A stretch of 64,000 nt of DNA from the NCBI GenBank assembly GCA_951406725.2, contig OX597816.1, positions 11,718,001 to 11,782,000 on the forward strand. The letters run 5' to 3'. Each line of letters begins with the position of its first letter. Position 1 is the first letter of the stretch. The position numbers and the translations under genes were made by a program. This DNA comes from Octopus vulgaris. Taxonomy: Eukaryota. This document shows positions 52,234 through 63,798 of the stretch, piece after piece. The notes beneath the pieces are model-generated. The model did not search any database. It saw only the letters and a list, made by a program, of their open reading frames with translations, and was not told where the DNA came from.

Positions 52234-52775
52234 CTTTATTATTATTATTATTATCTTTATTAAGGTGGTGAGCTGGCAGAATCATTAACATGCTGGACAA
52301 AATGCTTAGCAGTATATCATCTACCTTGATATTCTGAGTTCAAATTCTGCCAAGGTTGACTATGCCTTTCATCCTTTTGGGGTCGATAAATTAAGTATCA
52401 GTGAAACACTGAGGTCAATGGAATCAACTAGTCTCCTCCCCCAAAATTTCAAGGCCTTGTACCTTCAGTAGAAAGGATTATTATTATTATTATTATTGTT
52501 ATTATTGTTGTTGTTGTTGTTATTATTGTTATCATCATTACTGTTTGATGAAAACTCCCAGCTTAATTTGCTGGGTATAATGGAAATCATCAGCTACCCA
52601 CAGAAACAGTTCATCTACCTTCACGTTCTGAGTTCAAATTCTGCCAAGGTCAACGCTGCCTTTCATCATTTTGGGGTCAATAAAATAAGTACCAGCTGAG
52701 CGTTTGGGGTTCATGAAACCAGTTACCTCCTCCTCCCACTATATTTCAGTTCTTGTACCTAAAGAAGAAAGTATT
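51502..52775 (+). mobile_element. Head-to-tail array of five family-A SINEs separated by (ATT)n
   Basis: Heads at ~51502, 51754, 51981 and 52263, plus a body at ~52600; all in the same orientation. Confidence 0.85.
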
Positions 52776-52779
52776 ATTA

Positions 52780-53250
52780 ATATTTGATGGAAACTCTCAG
52801 CCGATGTCAGCTGTCCACAACCAGCAGACTAAGGGGACACTTGTTTACTAATCAAGACTTCAAGAACCCTACGGAGAACTCTTGCCATTCCAAACAATGC
52901 TAAATTTTGTAGGTATTCTATCTTTACATTTGTACCGATCTTTTTGAATTATGTTGGTAGTTGAGTGCTGATACTTCCAAATGTGCCAATCACTATTGGT
53001 ATCACGTCCACTCTTTTTATTGGCCACAATCTGTGTTTCTTCCCATTTCAAATCATCGTATTCATTCACTTTTCTTCTTCTTCCTCCTCCTCTTCAATCT
53101 TGTTGTCATCAGGAAATGCTATGTCGATTATCATGTATGTTATTTTTATTAGTTTTTTGTTCACCACAACATTGCCGTGTTTCTGATGTCTAATCTGACA
53201 GTCACACTGAATCATTGCATCCCACAGGATTTTGTAATCTTCATTCTCAG
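52780..53250 (-). mobile_element. 3' fragment of an R4/Dong-like non-LTR retrotransposon (RLE domain + 3' UTR)
   Basis: Minus-strand translation with frameshifts: ENEDYKILWDAMIQCDCQIRHQK..VVVNK..MIIDIAFPDDNKIEE..EK/NEYDDLKWE/RLWPIKRVDVIPIVIGTFGSI..KIEYLQNLALFGMARVLRRVLE. Confidence 0.85.
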
Positions 53251-53254
53251 TAAC

Positions 53255-53281
53255 TCATTATTATTATCATCATCATCATCA

Positions 53282-53343
<62 letters not shown>

Positions 53344-53490
53344 TAGTTTTATTATCATCATCATCACTATTATTATTATTTTTATTATAATCAAAATTAT
53401 TATTATTATTACCGCTATTATTATTATTATTATTATCATCATCGCTATTATTATATTTATTATAATCAAAATTATTATTATTATTAGCAC

Positions 53491-53547
<57 letters not shown>

Positions 53548-53668
53548 CACTATTATTATTATTATCATTATATTATCATTATTATTATTGTCATTATTAT
53601 TATCATTATCATTATTATTATCATCATTATCATCATTGTTATTATTATTATCATCATTATTATTATTA

Positions 53669-53699
<31 letters not shown>

Positions 53700-53758
53700 C
53701 ATCATTATTACTATTATCATCATTATTATTATCATCATCATTATTATTACTGTTATTA

Positions 53759-53796
<38 letters not shown>

Positions 53797-53993
53797 TATT
53801 TTTTTTTTTCTTCTTTCAAATTTGCTTCCATTTCTTGCTGAGTGTCTTCCCGACTCCTAGGGCAAAGAAACTCATAGTATACATTGGTAGGCCATTAAAC
53901 CAAACTCAATAGTTCGTTCTTTTTTTTTTTTTTTTTTTTTTTAAGTTAAATTAAAATACATGAGCAGCAACAGTTCTCACATCGACAATGCTC

Positions 53994-54057
<64 letters not shown>
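53255..54057. repeat. Long imperfect (ATT/ATC)n microsatellite with a short non-repetitive insert at 53800-53990
   Basis: Visible triplet repeats. Confidence 0.9.
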
Positions 54058-54058
<1 letters not shown>

Positions 54059-54059
<1 letters not shown>

Positions 54060-54765
54060 GGCAATGAGCTGGGAGAATTGTTTGTGCATTGGATAGAATG
54101 CTTAGCAGTATTTCGCCTATCACTATGTTCTGAGTTCAAATTTCTCTGAGGTTGATTTTTGCCTTTTATCCTTTCGGGGTTGGTAAGATAAGTACCAGTT
54201 GAACACTGGAGTTGACTGGACAATAAACTTTGCTTGCGAAGACTTATTGCGGCAAGTGAAATCAAATCAAAATCAGTGATGTGGCCGATGACAGTACCGC
54301 TTGATTAGCACTTGTGCCAGTGGAGTGTTACAGGCACATCTGAGCATGATTGTTGCCAGAGCCATGGATTGGCTCCAGTGCCGGTGACATGTAAAAAGTA
54401 CCATTCGAGCATGATTGTTGCCAGTGTCACCTTACCGGTGGCACATAAAAAACAACATTCAAGTGTGGTCATTGCCAGTGCACCTGGACTGGCTCCTGTG
54501 CAGGTAGCATGTAAAAAGTACTTCTTGAGCATGGTCGTTGCCAGAACCGCTTGACCAGCCCTCATGCCGGGGGCACGTAAAAACACCCACTACACTCTTG
54601 GAGTGGTTGGCATTAGGAAGGGCATCTAGCTGTAGAAACTTTGCCAGATCAGATTGGAGCCTGGTGCAGCCTTCTCGCTCACCAGTCCTCAGTCAAACTG
54701 TCCAACCCATGCCAGCATGGAAAGCGGGCGTTAAACAATGACGATAATGATGATGATGATGATGA
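54059..54765 (+). mobile_element. Family-A SINE (54059-54215) followed by a long family-D element (54230-54765) with ~60-bp internal repeats
   Basis: A head and core; D units with CATGTAAAAAG..CATTCGAGC..TTGCCAG, then the D tail and (GAT)n. Confidence 0.8.
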
Positions 54766-55339
54766 TGTTGCCTTCAAATGTTGTCCTTGTGGCAAATCAA
54801 AGAAATCTTACAAACAATGATTACCATTATCCATAGCGTTATTCAATAATGATGCATCACCATCTTTCTCAACACCATCATCATCATCATTATCATCAGC
54901 ATTATCATTACCATCGTTATCATCATTGACATCGACATCATTACTACCACTCTCATCATCATCATCACCAACGACGTCGTAGTTGTTGCTGTCATCATCG
55001 TCCCCACCACCACCAGCACCACCACCATCAACATCATCACAACCATCGTTATTGTAGTGACAAATATAATTACCTCATTATTGCAATTAAAATAACGAAT
55101 CGTAAATACAATCTCGTAAATATTTCAAACAATAACCAATGTTTAAATAACCAGAACTAATAATAATAAACTCGCAATTCGATGGATGTTGCTGGAAGTA
55201 TTTGCATACTCAACTAACGAGAATTGGTAATTAAGGTTATGTTAGATAATTTTTAGTCTGTCATTGCCTATAGAATTGCCAGTAAGAAAACATTTTGAAT
55301 ATTAAAAAAAAACACATGAGTTAAATTAACTATTGTACA

Positions 55340-55950
55340 TAAATGTGTAGTGACTGTGTGGTAAGAAATTTCTTTCCATGTTATGTGGTTCCAGGTTCAG
55401 TCCCACTGCATGGCAGCTTGGTCAGGTGCTTTTTACTCTAGCTTCAGTCCAAGCAAAGCCTTGTGAGTGGATTTTCCAGGTGGAAACTGAAAAAATTCCG
55501 ACCAATGCAGCATGTGGTCAGTGAGCAGTTTAGCTTAATGGTAGAGTACTCAGCCAGTATCCGATGGGTTGCGGGTTCAAGTCCCATGGCTGCCTGCTAG
55601 CAATTAATGTTGATTTGTTTGACTAAAAGGTGGTACTCCAGCATGGCCGCAGTCAAATGACTGAAACAAATGAAAGAGTGAAAGAGTAAAGAGTGTGTGT
55701 GTGTATCTTTGTGTCTGTGTTTGTCCTCCACCACTGCTTGCCAACCGGTGTTGGTGTGTTTACATTCCTGTGACTAAGTGGTTCGGATGTTGCTGAACCA
55801 CTAGAATTAGTACCAGGTACCAGCAACCGGTAAAATAATCACCAGGCTTGAAGTAAAAATAAATACTGGAGTTGTTTTGTTCAACTAAAATTCTTCAAGG
55901 TGGTGCTGCAGCATGGCCACAGTTTCATCACTGAAACAAATAAAAGATGA
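55340..55950 (+). mobile_element. Family-B SINE interrupted by a short tRNA-headed element sharing the B tail
   Basis: B head at 55340-55500, insert at 55510-55692, and B 3' half at 55693-55950. Confidence 0.75.
55525..55593 (+). pseudogene. tRNA-like sequence (Thr-AGT-like), probably a SINE head
   Basis: GCAGTT-TAGCTTAATGGTAGAGT-ACTCAGCC-AGT-ATCCGAT-GGGTT-GCGGGTTCAAGTCCCAT-GGCTGC. Strong A and B boxes, but mismatched anticodon and T stems. Confidence 0.6.
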
Positions 55951-55959
55951 ATGCACTAT

Positions 55960-56352
55960 AACTGGCCCTCGGTCAGTTATGACACCGAGTGTTCCAGTTG
56001 ATTTGACCAATGGAACAGCCTGGTCATGAAATTAATGTGCATGTGGCTGAGTATTCCACAGATCATACCAACCTTCAACGTAGTTGTCAGGGAGATTCTG
56101 TGTGGCACAGAATGTGACTAGGCTGGCCCCCTTTGAATTCTTTTCTACTCTAGGCACAAGGCCTGAAATCTTGTGGGAAGGGGCCAGTTGATTAGATCAA
56201 CCCCAGAACATAACTGGTACTTATTTAATCGATCCCCAAAGGATGAAAGGCAAAGTCGACCTTGGTGGAATTTGAACTCAGAATGTAAAGACAGACGAAA
56301 TATTGCAAAGCATTTTGCCCGGTGTGCTAACAATTCTGCCAGATCACCACCT
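55960..56352 (-). mobile_element. Family-E tail fragment (55960-56135) and family-A SINE (56140-56352)
   Basis: Reverse complements of 15745-15905 and of the A consensus. Confidence 0.8.
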
Positions 56353-56355
56353 TAA

Positions 56356-56575
56356 CCCTTTCGTTACCAACCCGGCTGAAACCTGCTCTGGCTTTGAATA
56401 CAACTGTCTTGTGTTCATGAGTTTTGAATTAAAATCTTCCACCAAACCTTAATCACAATTTATGTTCCTAACACTAGCTTAACGATGACTAAGTTATTTT
56501 ACTAAATTCTTTGTTATATTTAAAATAATTGAAAGAAACACAGAACATCTCAAAATAAATACAGTAACGAAAGGG
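56356..56575. mobile_element. piggyBac-type MITE (220 bp)
   Basis: TTAA|CCCTTTCGTTAC ... GTAACGAAAGGG|TTAA: perfect 12-bp TIRs, CCC/GGG termini and a TTAA target-site duplication. Confidence 0.9.
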
Positions 56576-57703
56576 TTAAAGAATTTTTTCTATTCTAGGC
56601 ACAAGGCTCAAAATTATGGGTGAATACATAAATACAAACAAAAATACCCTATTGTTGATGTTGAAATTCCAATGAAGGAGCCTTGGATCTAGGTTAGAAA
56701 CCGGTTCTTTCTCTATTGGCAAGAAATCTTGAAATAAAACTGAACAATGACATACATACATATGTGTGTATTTACATACAAGTAAGTGTATTTAGATACA
56801 TGCATGTATGTACAAAAGTATACAAAAGTCTCTCAGTATAATTTGAAATGTAAATAAGATGAACCTTATAAGTATGTTTTTTGTAAACACAATTTATCAA
56901 TGTAATTTAATTTTTTGTTGGTTATTCTGCAGTTTATGCAAGAAAGGAGAGAAATTTTGCAGTAAAAGTGCTATATTGTTCTCTCTCTTTCTATAAAATA
57001 TTCACAAAACGATACTTTATGCTGTACATCTATTTTAAATAATTCACTTTTTTCCATTTAACATATATCTTCTTTATAATCAGTCACAGCCTGTCTTGGA
57101 AATTTCTTTTCCTTATCGGAGCGACCTGTGATAGAATTTAGCCAGGCTGTGAAAAATAAAGTGTTCACTTCACAAGTTTTATTCTCTTCTTGTCCAGAAA
57201 AAAAAATATTTATTCTCATTGCTATCAATAACCATCGAAGCTGTCAGAATGAACTCTTTTTCTAACCATTCTTAAGAAATTATAGTGTAACCAGTTTATT
57301 TTACTTTTCCCAGCCAGGATAAATTTCTTCTTTACTAAAAACAGGAACCCACCTTCGAAAAGTTTATCTTAAATTTCAGATTATCCTAGCTTTTATGGTT
57401 GCGTAATTAGGAGTTGTGTATATACTATTAGTCAGAATTCTTTCTAATTTAAGCACAAGGCCAGCAATTTTGTGAAAGGGGTTAGTTAATTACATTAACT
57501 CCTCCACTTCATTGCTACTTAATGCCTTTATCAACCCTCACTGATCCCTTCATGAGGCTAACATAGCCTCTAATTGAATTTTATATATATATATATATAT
57601 ATATAACGGGAAGCTTTATGAAAATAAACAAAAGACGAAGGCAGGTGGAAAACAAACGAACAATTGTATTAGTATGGCGCTCAGGAAATATAAATAAAAC
57701 AAG

Positions 57704-57741
57704 TCTTTAACGTTTCGAGCCTACGCTCTTCAACAGAAAGA
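57704..57741 (-). ncRNA. Minimal type-I hammerhead motif of the PLE terminus (A6U variant)
   Basis: TCTTT-CTGTTGA-A-GAGC-GTAG-GCTC-GAA-ACGT-T-AAAGA. Confidence 0.7.
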
Positions 57742-57974
57742 TACACAGAGAGAGAAAAACACAGAAAGAAGGAGAGAAAAAAAATGCGTGCAGTAGCTAA
57801 CGAATCAACATGGCGATCTGATTTCGGCCAGAGGTCAAAGATCAAACATGAGACGCGAGAGCGAAATAAGGGGAGATAATAGGGTTGATAAAAGGGTTGA
57901 GGGACCAGCTAAAAGTGCGTGGGAGGGGTCTGGATGTGTGTATGTATAGGGTTGGTGTATGTATTAGTATGTAT

Positions 57975-58009
<35 letters not shown>

Positions 58010-58249
58010 AGAGAGTATTAGTGCGTAAGATTGGTCTAGACGTGCGTATGTATGGGGTTGGTGTATGTATTAGTATGTATTAGTATGTATTAGTACGTAT
58101 TGGTATGTATAGGTGTGTGTGTGTGTGTGTGTGAGAGAGTATAAGTGCGTATGCGGGGTCTGGACGTGTGTATGTATAGGGTTGGTGTAAGTATTAGTAT
58201 GTACTGGTATGTATTAGTACGTATTAGTATGTATTAGTTGGTGTGTGTA

Positions 58250-59528
58250 TTAGTATGGCACATCATATGTGATGTGATGTGTAAAGTCATGTGGTGTAGT
58301 GAGGAGAAGGGGGAGGGGGAGAAGAGGGGGGAGGGGAGAAGAGGGGGAGGAGAAGGGGGAAGAGGAGAGGATGGGGAGAAGGAAGGGGAGGAGGGGGATG
58401 AAGGAGGAAAGAGGGAGAGGGGGAGAGAGGGAGTGAGGGAGCAGAGGGAAGGGGAAGAGGGAGGGAGAAAGAGGGAAGAAGGGAAGGGGAGTAGGGGTGA
58501 AAGGATGAAGGACTGAAGAAGTAGGGGTCGGGGGGAGAAAGGATAGGTGAGGAGGGGGAGAGGGGGTTAGATGAGGAGGGGGAGAGTTGAGACCAAATGG
58601 CGTATAAGAGCGAAGAGAGAAGATTAATTCCTGTTCACGGCGCAAACGGGAATCCGGATGGCCTCTGTGTAAGGACAAACCGAACACAGATAGGTGTTGC
58701 AAGGAGTGACCGGTGGAGCGGAAATGGCGTGAGACCGGTGTGTCATTCGCAAGGTGGATGTCACGAAGGTGTTCCGCGAACCGGTCAGCCAAGCGGCGTC
58801 CCGTTTGTCCGATGTACAAGGAATTGCAGAGAGAGCAAGAGATGCAATAGATAATATTGCTGGAGGTGCAGGTGAAGGAGTGGATGATGGGATAGGGTCG
58901 ATGGTGGGTGCTAGCGAGGCGGGTGGTGTTGGAGAGGTAAGGGCAAGTGCGGCAACGTGGGCGGGAGCAGGGGAACGAGCCGGGTTGGGAGGTAGGGTCA
59001 GGGAAGGAGCTATGGACCAAAAGGTCTCGAAGGTTGTGGGCTCGTTTGAAAGAGGGGAGGGGTCGGTTAGGGAAGAGGTGTGAAGTGGACGGGTCGGACT
59101 GGAGATGACGGAAAGCTCGAAGAATGGTGCGTTGGAGACGTAGGGTCGTGGGGTGGTAAGTGAGGGGAAAAGGGAGGCGGGAGACTACAGGGCGGGTTCG
59201 GGGAGAGAGAGCAGATACACGGTCTACGGACCGTGCTCTGGCAAGGGCGGTGTGGATAGTGGTGAGGGGGTATCCACGTAGGATGAAGTGGTGAGCCATA
59301 CGTTGAGACTGAGTCTCAAAGTCATGGTCGTCACTACAGAGCCTACGTAGACGGAGGAATTGGGAATAGGGGATGGAAAGCTTGGTGTGTTCTGGGTGGG
59401 AGGAAGAGAAGTTGAGGTATGAGTGTGAGTCTGTGTGTTTGTAGTGAATGGAGGTGGTAAGAGTGGAGTGAAGAATGCTAACCGAAATGTCGAGGAAGGA
59501 GACAGAGGTGTTGGAGATAGTGGAAGGT
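58250..59528 (-). CDS. Partial PLE polyprotein: RT motifs 6-7/thumb, Cys linker and GIY-YIG endonuclease (5'-truncated; the track ORF's first ~28 aa come from the adjacent SINE and microsatellite)
   Basis: VSFLDISV, IHYKHTDSHSYLNFSSSHP, IPYSQFLRLRRLCS, RGYP, CSRPRCRTC, FTCTSSNIIYCISCSLCNSLYIGQTGRRLADRFAEH, VSRHF, REQELIFSLRSYTPFGLN; no stop codons. Confidence 0.88.
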
Positions 59529-59580
59529 ATATATATATAGTGGATAGTGGATAGTGGATAGGTATATATATATATATATA

Positions 59581-59780
59581 CCTGTGCAGGTGGCACGTAA
59601 AAAGCACCCACTACACCTCAGGGAGTGGTTGGCATTAGGAAGGGCATCCAGCCGTAGAAACACTGCCAGATCAAACTGGGCCTGGTGCAGCCTTCTGGCT
59701 TCCCAGACCCCAGTTGAACCGTCCAACCCATGCTAGCATGGAAAGCGGACGCTAAATGATGATGATGATGATGATGATGA
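59581..59780 (+). mobile_element. SINE family D
   Basis: D consensus with a (GAT)n tail. Confidence 0.88.
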
Positions 59781-59984
59781 TATATATATAATTCAATTAG
59801 AGGCTATGTATATAAATTAATGGTAAAATATCTCTTTACATTCACCCATTTAGTACACATGGTAATGTAATTGCAATGCAACAAAAAACACTTGTGTATT
59901 AATAATTGGGTATTCTACCAGCAGTATATTGGATATTATCCCTTAGTTGGTTGGATTCACAACCTCTTTCTTGGAAAGAAAAAA

Positions 59985-60383
59985 TAGAAGTGGCTGTGTG
60001 GTAAGTAGCTTGCTAACCAACCACATGGTTCCGGGTTCAGTCCCACTGCATGGCATCTTGGGCAAGTGTCTTCTGCTATAGCCCTGGGCCAACCAATGCC
60101 TTGTGAGTGGATTTGGTAGACGGAAACTGAAAGAAGCCTGTCGTATATATGTATATATATATATATATGTGTGTGTATGTGTGAGTGTTTGTCCCCCTAG
60201 CATTGCTTGACAACCGATGCTGGTGTGTTTACGTCCCCGTAACTTAGCGGTTCAGCAAAAGAGACTGATAGAATAAGTACTGGGCTTACATAGAATAAGT
60301 CCCGGGGTCGATTTGTTCGACTAAAGGCGGTGCTCCAGCATGGCTGCAGTCAAAATGACTGAAACAAGTAAAAGAGTAAAAGA

Positions 60384-60385
<2 letters not shown>
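59985..60385 (+). mobile_element. SINE family B
   Basis: Near-identical to 48245-48655. Confidence 0.92.
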
Positions 60386-60418
<33 letters not shown>

Positions 60419-60554
60419 ATAATAAAGAGTAAAAATCATTAATGATTTTACCAAAGCGATAATAGCATCTTTTGGGGTCTATTTTCTAGCTCGTAGAGAG
60501 GCTTATTGCCAATCCCTTATTATAATTATGTATATAATTATTAATATATAAAAG

Positions 60555-60818
60555 ATATATATATATATATATGCGTCTTTGTACCCTTGTCTTGACATCA
60601 TGTAATGATAGTAAATAAGCATCACTGTCATACAAGCGGTGTTGTTTGTTTCCAGTCTTCCTTGAGAAATATGTTTGGGTATAGGAAAAATATTACTTTA
60701 CCTGGAAACAGTTAAGCGTTGGCTGTAGGAAGGCCATAAGGTCGTAGAAAAATCTGCCTTTACAAATTCCGTCTGACTCATGCAAGCATGGAAATGTGGA
60801 CGTTAAGTAATGATGATG
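60555..60818 (+). mobile_element. Old SINE 3' part sharing the family-D (RTE-type) tail
   Basis: GTTGGCTGTAGGAAGGCCAT...CATGCAAGCATGGAAATGTGGACGTTAAGTAATGATGATG. Confidence 0.6.
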
Positions 60819-61077
60819 TTAACAACAATCATCACCAGCAACAAGAGGATCAGCAATTAATCATCTGTGATCATATTGAAGCAATTTAAGTTCTAGCTAA
60901 ACATAGCATTGCCATTATCACTAATAATGTGCACACCGCGTACAGAAGTACATGCATAAAATTTGGAATAATTTGAAATATAAATTAAATTTTACAAAAC
61001 TCTGTATGTGTGTGTGTGTGTGTGTGTATTTTTTTTCTTTTCAGTAAGAAATCTTACCAAGCTATTATTTAATGTGT

Positions 61078-61380
61078 GGAGGCACATGGCCTAGTGGTTA
61101 GAGCAGCGGACTCACGGTCGAAGGATCGCGGGTTCAAATCTCAGACCAGGCGATGTGTGTGTTTATGAGTGAAACACCTAAGCTCCATGTGGCTCCGGCA
61201 GAAGGCAATGGCGAACTTCTGCTGACTCTTTTTCCACAACTTTCTCTCACTCTTTCCTCCTGCATCTTGCAGCTCACCTGTGATGGACCGGCGTCCCATC
61301 CAGGTGGGGAACCTATACACCAAGGAAACCAGGAAACCGGCCCTTATGAGCCAGACGTGGCTCAAGAAGGAACAAACAGT
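61078..61380 (+). mobile_element. SINE related to family C (same head, different 3' tail)
   Basis: GGAGGCACATGGCCTAGTGGTTAGAGCAGCGGACTC..GGTTCAAATCTC head; the tail CACCTGTGATGGACCGGCGTCCCATCCAGG differs from the 22190-type tail. Confidence 0.8.
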
Positions 61381-62149
61381 TATCTAAAGTGGCCTTTTCT
61401 TCCTTGTTTTTCAAGACGATACGATGTGATTTGAGTAATATTTATCTGCTATTTCTAGCTGATCTGTTCAAGTGCCTGTTTAGAGACATCGATGTTATTT
61501 ATTGATTACAATGAAAGTTAAAATGAAAACTGTATTACTAAATCTTTATTTCCTTATTTGAAATTTTGTTTTTGCTGTGGTGCACCTCCTCTGCTTTTCC
61601 TTCTTTTTCTTTTTCTTCTCCCCCCCTCCTCGTCCTCCTCTTTCCTTTCCTCATATTAATATGAGTGGCCATTTTTTTGATGATTTCATCTGTTCAGATT
61701 TCCAATACAACCCATGCTTAATTTAATCATTATTACCTGGCTATACATCCCCCCACCCCTGTTTATTTCCAAAATTTATTTGATGATCTTTCAAATATTT
61801 TCCCCCACTTTACTTAATTTTAATTTTTTTTTCACTTTTACTTTTTAGTTTTAAGGTGTGATCGCTGGGTAGATGGGTGGGTGGGTGGAAGTTTGAGATA
61901 AAGTTTAACGAAATTAGAAACAATTCTGTAGATGCAAGTTAGAAAGAATTTGCCAGTATTTTTATGTTTACGTTTTCGCTTCATTTGACCTGACAATTCT
62001 GAATTGCCATTTTGTTATTTTTCAGCTCTGATTTTGTTACAAGTTAATTATTAACATTTTACGATAAAAAAATACATAATAAATATAAGTAGTAGCAGGA
62101 ATACCAGTAATAATGAAATATAAGGAGAACAATAATAATAATAATATTC

Positions 62150-62620
62150 TTTTTTCTTATAGAAACAATGCTAATAAATTCAAGGAAAGGAAGTAAGTCA
62201 ATTATGTTGACCAGTGTTCAACTGGTAATTATTTTATTGACCCCAACAAGACAAAAGGCAAAGTCAGCCTTGGAGGAATTTGACCTCAGACAAAATTCCA
62301 TGATGGACGAAATACCTATTTCTTTACTACCCACAAGGTGCTAAACACAGAGGGGACAAACAAGGTCAGAAAAACGGATCAAGTCGATTATATCGACCCC
62401 AGTGCATAACTGGTACTTATTTAATGGACTCCGAAAAGATGAATGGCAAAGTCGACCTCAGCAGAATTTGAACTCAGAACGTAACAGCAGACAAAATACC
62501 TATTTCTTTACTACCCACAAGGGGCTAAATACAGAGGGGACAAACAAGGACAGACAAACGGATTAAGTCGATTATATCGACCCCAGTGCGTAACTGGTAC
62601 TTATTTAATCGACCCCAAAA
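62150..62620 (-). mobile_element. Tandem family-A SINE units
   Basis: Reverse complement of the 2496-3082 unit, about 2.5 copies. Confidence 0.82.
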
Positions 62621-62763
62621 GGAGTTGGTTTGCAAGATTCTTTATATGAGTTCGTGTGTTGAAGCATATTCTGTTGTGTTTGGGGAGAGTCATTTTCTTT
62701 TTGTGCCTTATTATGTAACACACTCACAGGTAAAATTTCCACTTTTTTCTTATTTTTATTGTC

Positions 62764-62800
62764 CTAAAATTTTCGTTGCGTCTTGCAACCTTTTCAATAG
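62764..62800 (-). ncRNA. Minimal hammerhead-like motif with U3-A8 core variant
   Basis: CTA-TTGAAAA-G-GTTGC-AAGAC-GCAAC-GAA-AATT-T-TAG: stem I 3 bp, stem II 5 bp, palindromic stem III. Confidence 0.5.
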
Positions 62801-63742
62801 TTTTGACTCTGTCCGTTATTTACACTGCTATTTATTCTTTTATTTATTGATACTTCTCCTTCAAAACCTTTTTCATTTTTGTCATCGTCAACAGAATTAT
62901 CCTTCTTAATTAAAAAAAAACAAAACACAACACCCTCCTTGTCAAACCCTGATCTTCTCTGAAAACAAAAATGCATATTACATTTGGCAAATAATATTTT
63001 TAATTTTCTAAATTATCTCACAGCATTTTGTTGGCTAAAATTATTAGCATTGATAAAAATGAACAGTTATTCTCCACACGATAACAAATTCCTATTGATT
63101 TCAATTAAATTTTTCTAACAACTAGATTAAAAGATTATATTTGATGCACTGCTGGTCTCTTTCAAAAACATAATTTTCAAAAGGAAAACACATAAATGAA
63201 AAACAAGCGAATAATAAGAAATAAATAAGCATAAAAAACACAAGAAAGATATAAAAGTACTGACACTTTTTCCTGTTTTTATGCAGTTTTTTTAATCATA
63301 TTTCTACTAGTTGAAATTTGAGAAATGATTGCGAAATAAATATTATGCAGCGATGTTCAGTGTATTAACTAAAGATTACCGTGAATCAAAAATTTACTTC
63401 GTTTTTGAATGGAGTGTAAAATGATGGAATTGGCAAATATCTCATGTAACCTTTGAAATCTCTGTAATCTGCTGCATTTGATCATAGTGATTATAATCCT
63501 CTGATGCGAAATTCCTGCACTAACTGAATGGTAGAATTGTGCATCAATGCCAAATTTATGTCAGTGTTTAGTGCACTGGCATTATTATGCAACTATTCTT
63601 TTTACTTGAAATTATTTCAGAATAATTTTGACTTTGCAATAAAAAAAAAACTGAATTGAAAGCAAATACATAAAAAGCTTAACTTGTGTCACACATCGTT
63701 TCGCACACTTTATGCCCGTATGTGTGTGCCTGTGGGCATGAG

Positions 63743-63798
<56 letters not shown>

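Larger units (their letters stand above)
57606..59528 (-). mobile_element. 5'-truncated Penelope-like retroelement (Neptune type) with 3' UTR and a hammerhead-bearing terminus, inserted in (TA)n
   Basis: Open frame for the RT C-terminus + GIY-YIG; a polypyrimidine tract, ~110-125-bp UTR repeats (57925-58260), a hammerhead at 57704-57741, and (TA)n on both sides. Confidence 0.9.

Noticed and set aside
55525-55593. Functional tRNA-Thr gene
   Set aside because: Mismatched anticodon and T stems, a short acceptor stem, and fusion to a SINE tail.
59529-59611. N-terminus of the 453-aa ORF as a real start
   Set aside because: Derived from an adjacent antisense SINE and a TA tract; the PLE is 5'-truncated.
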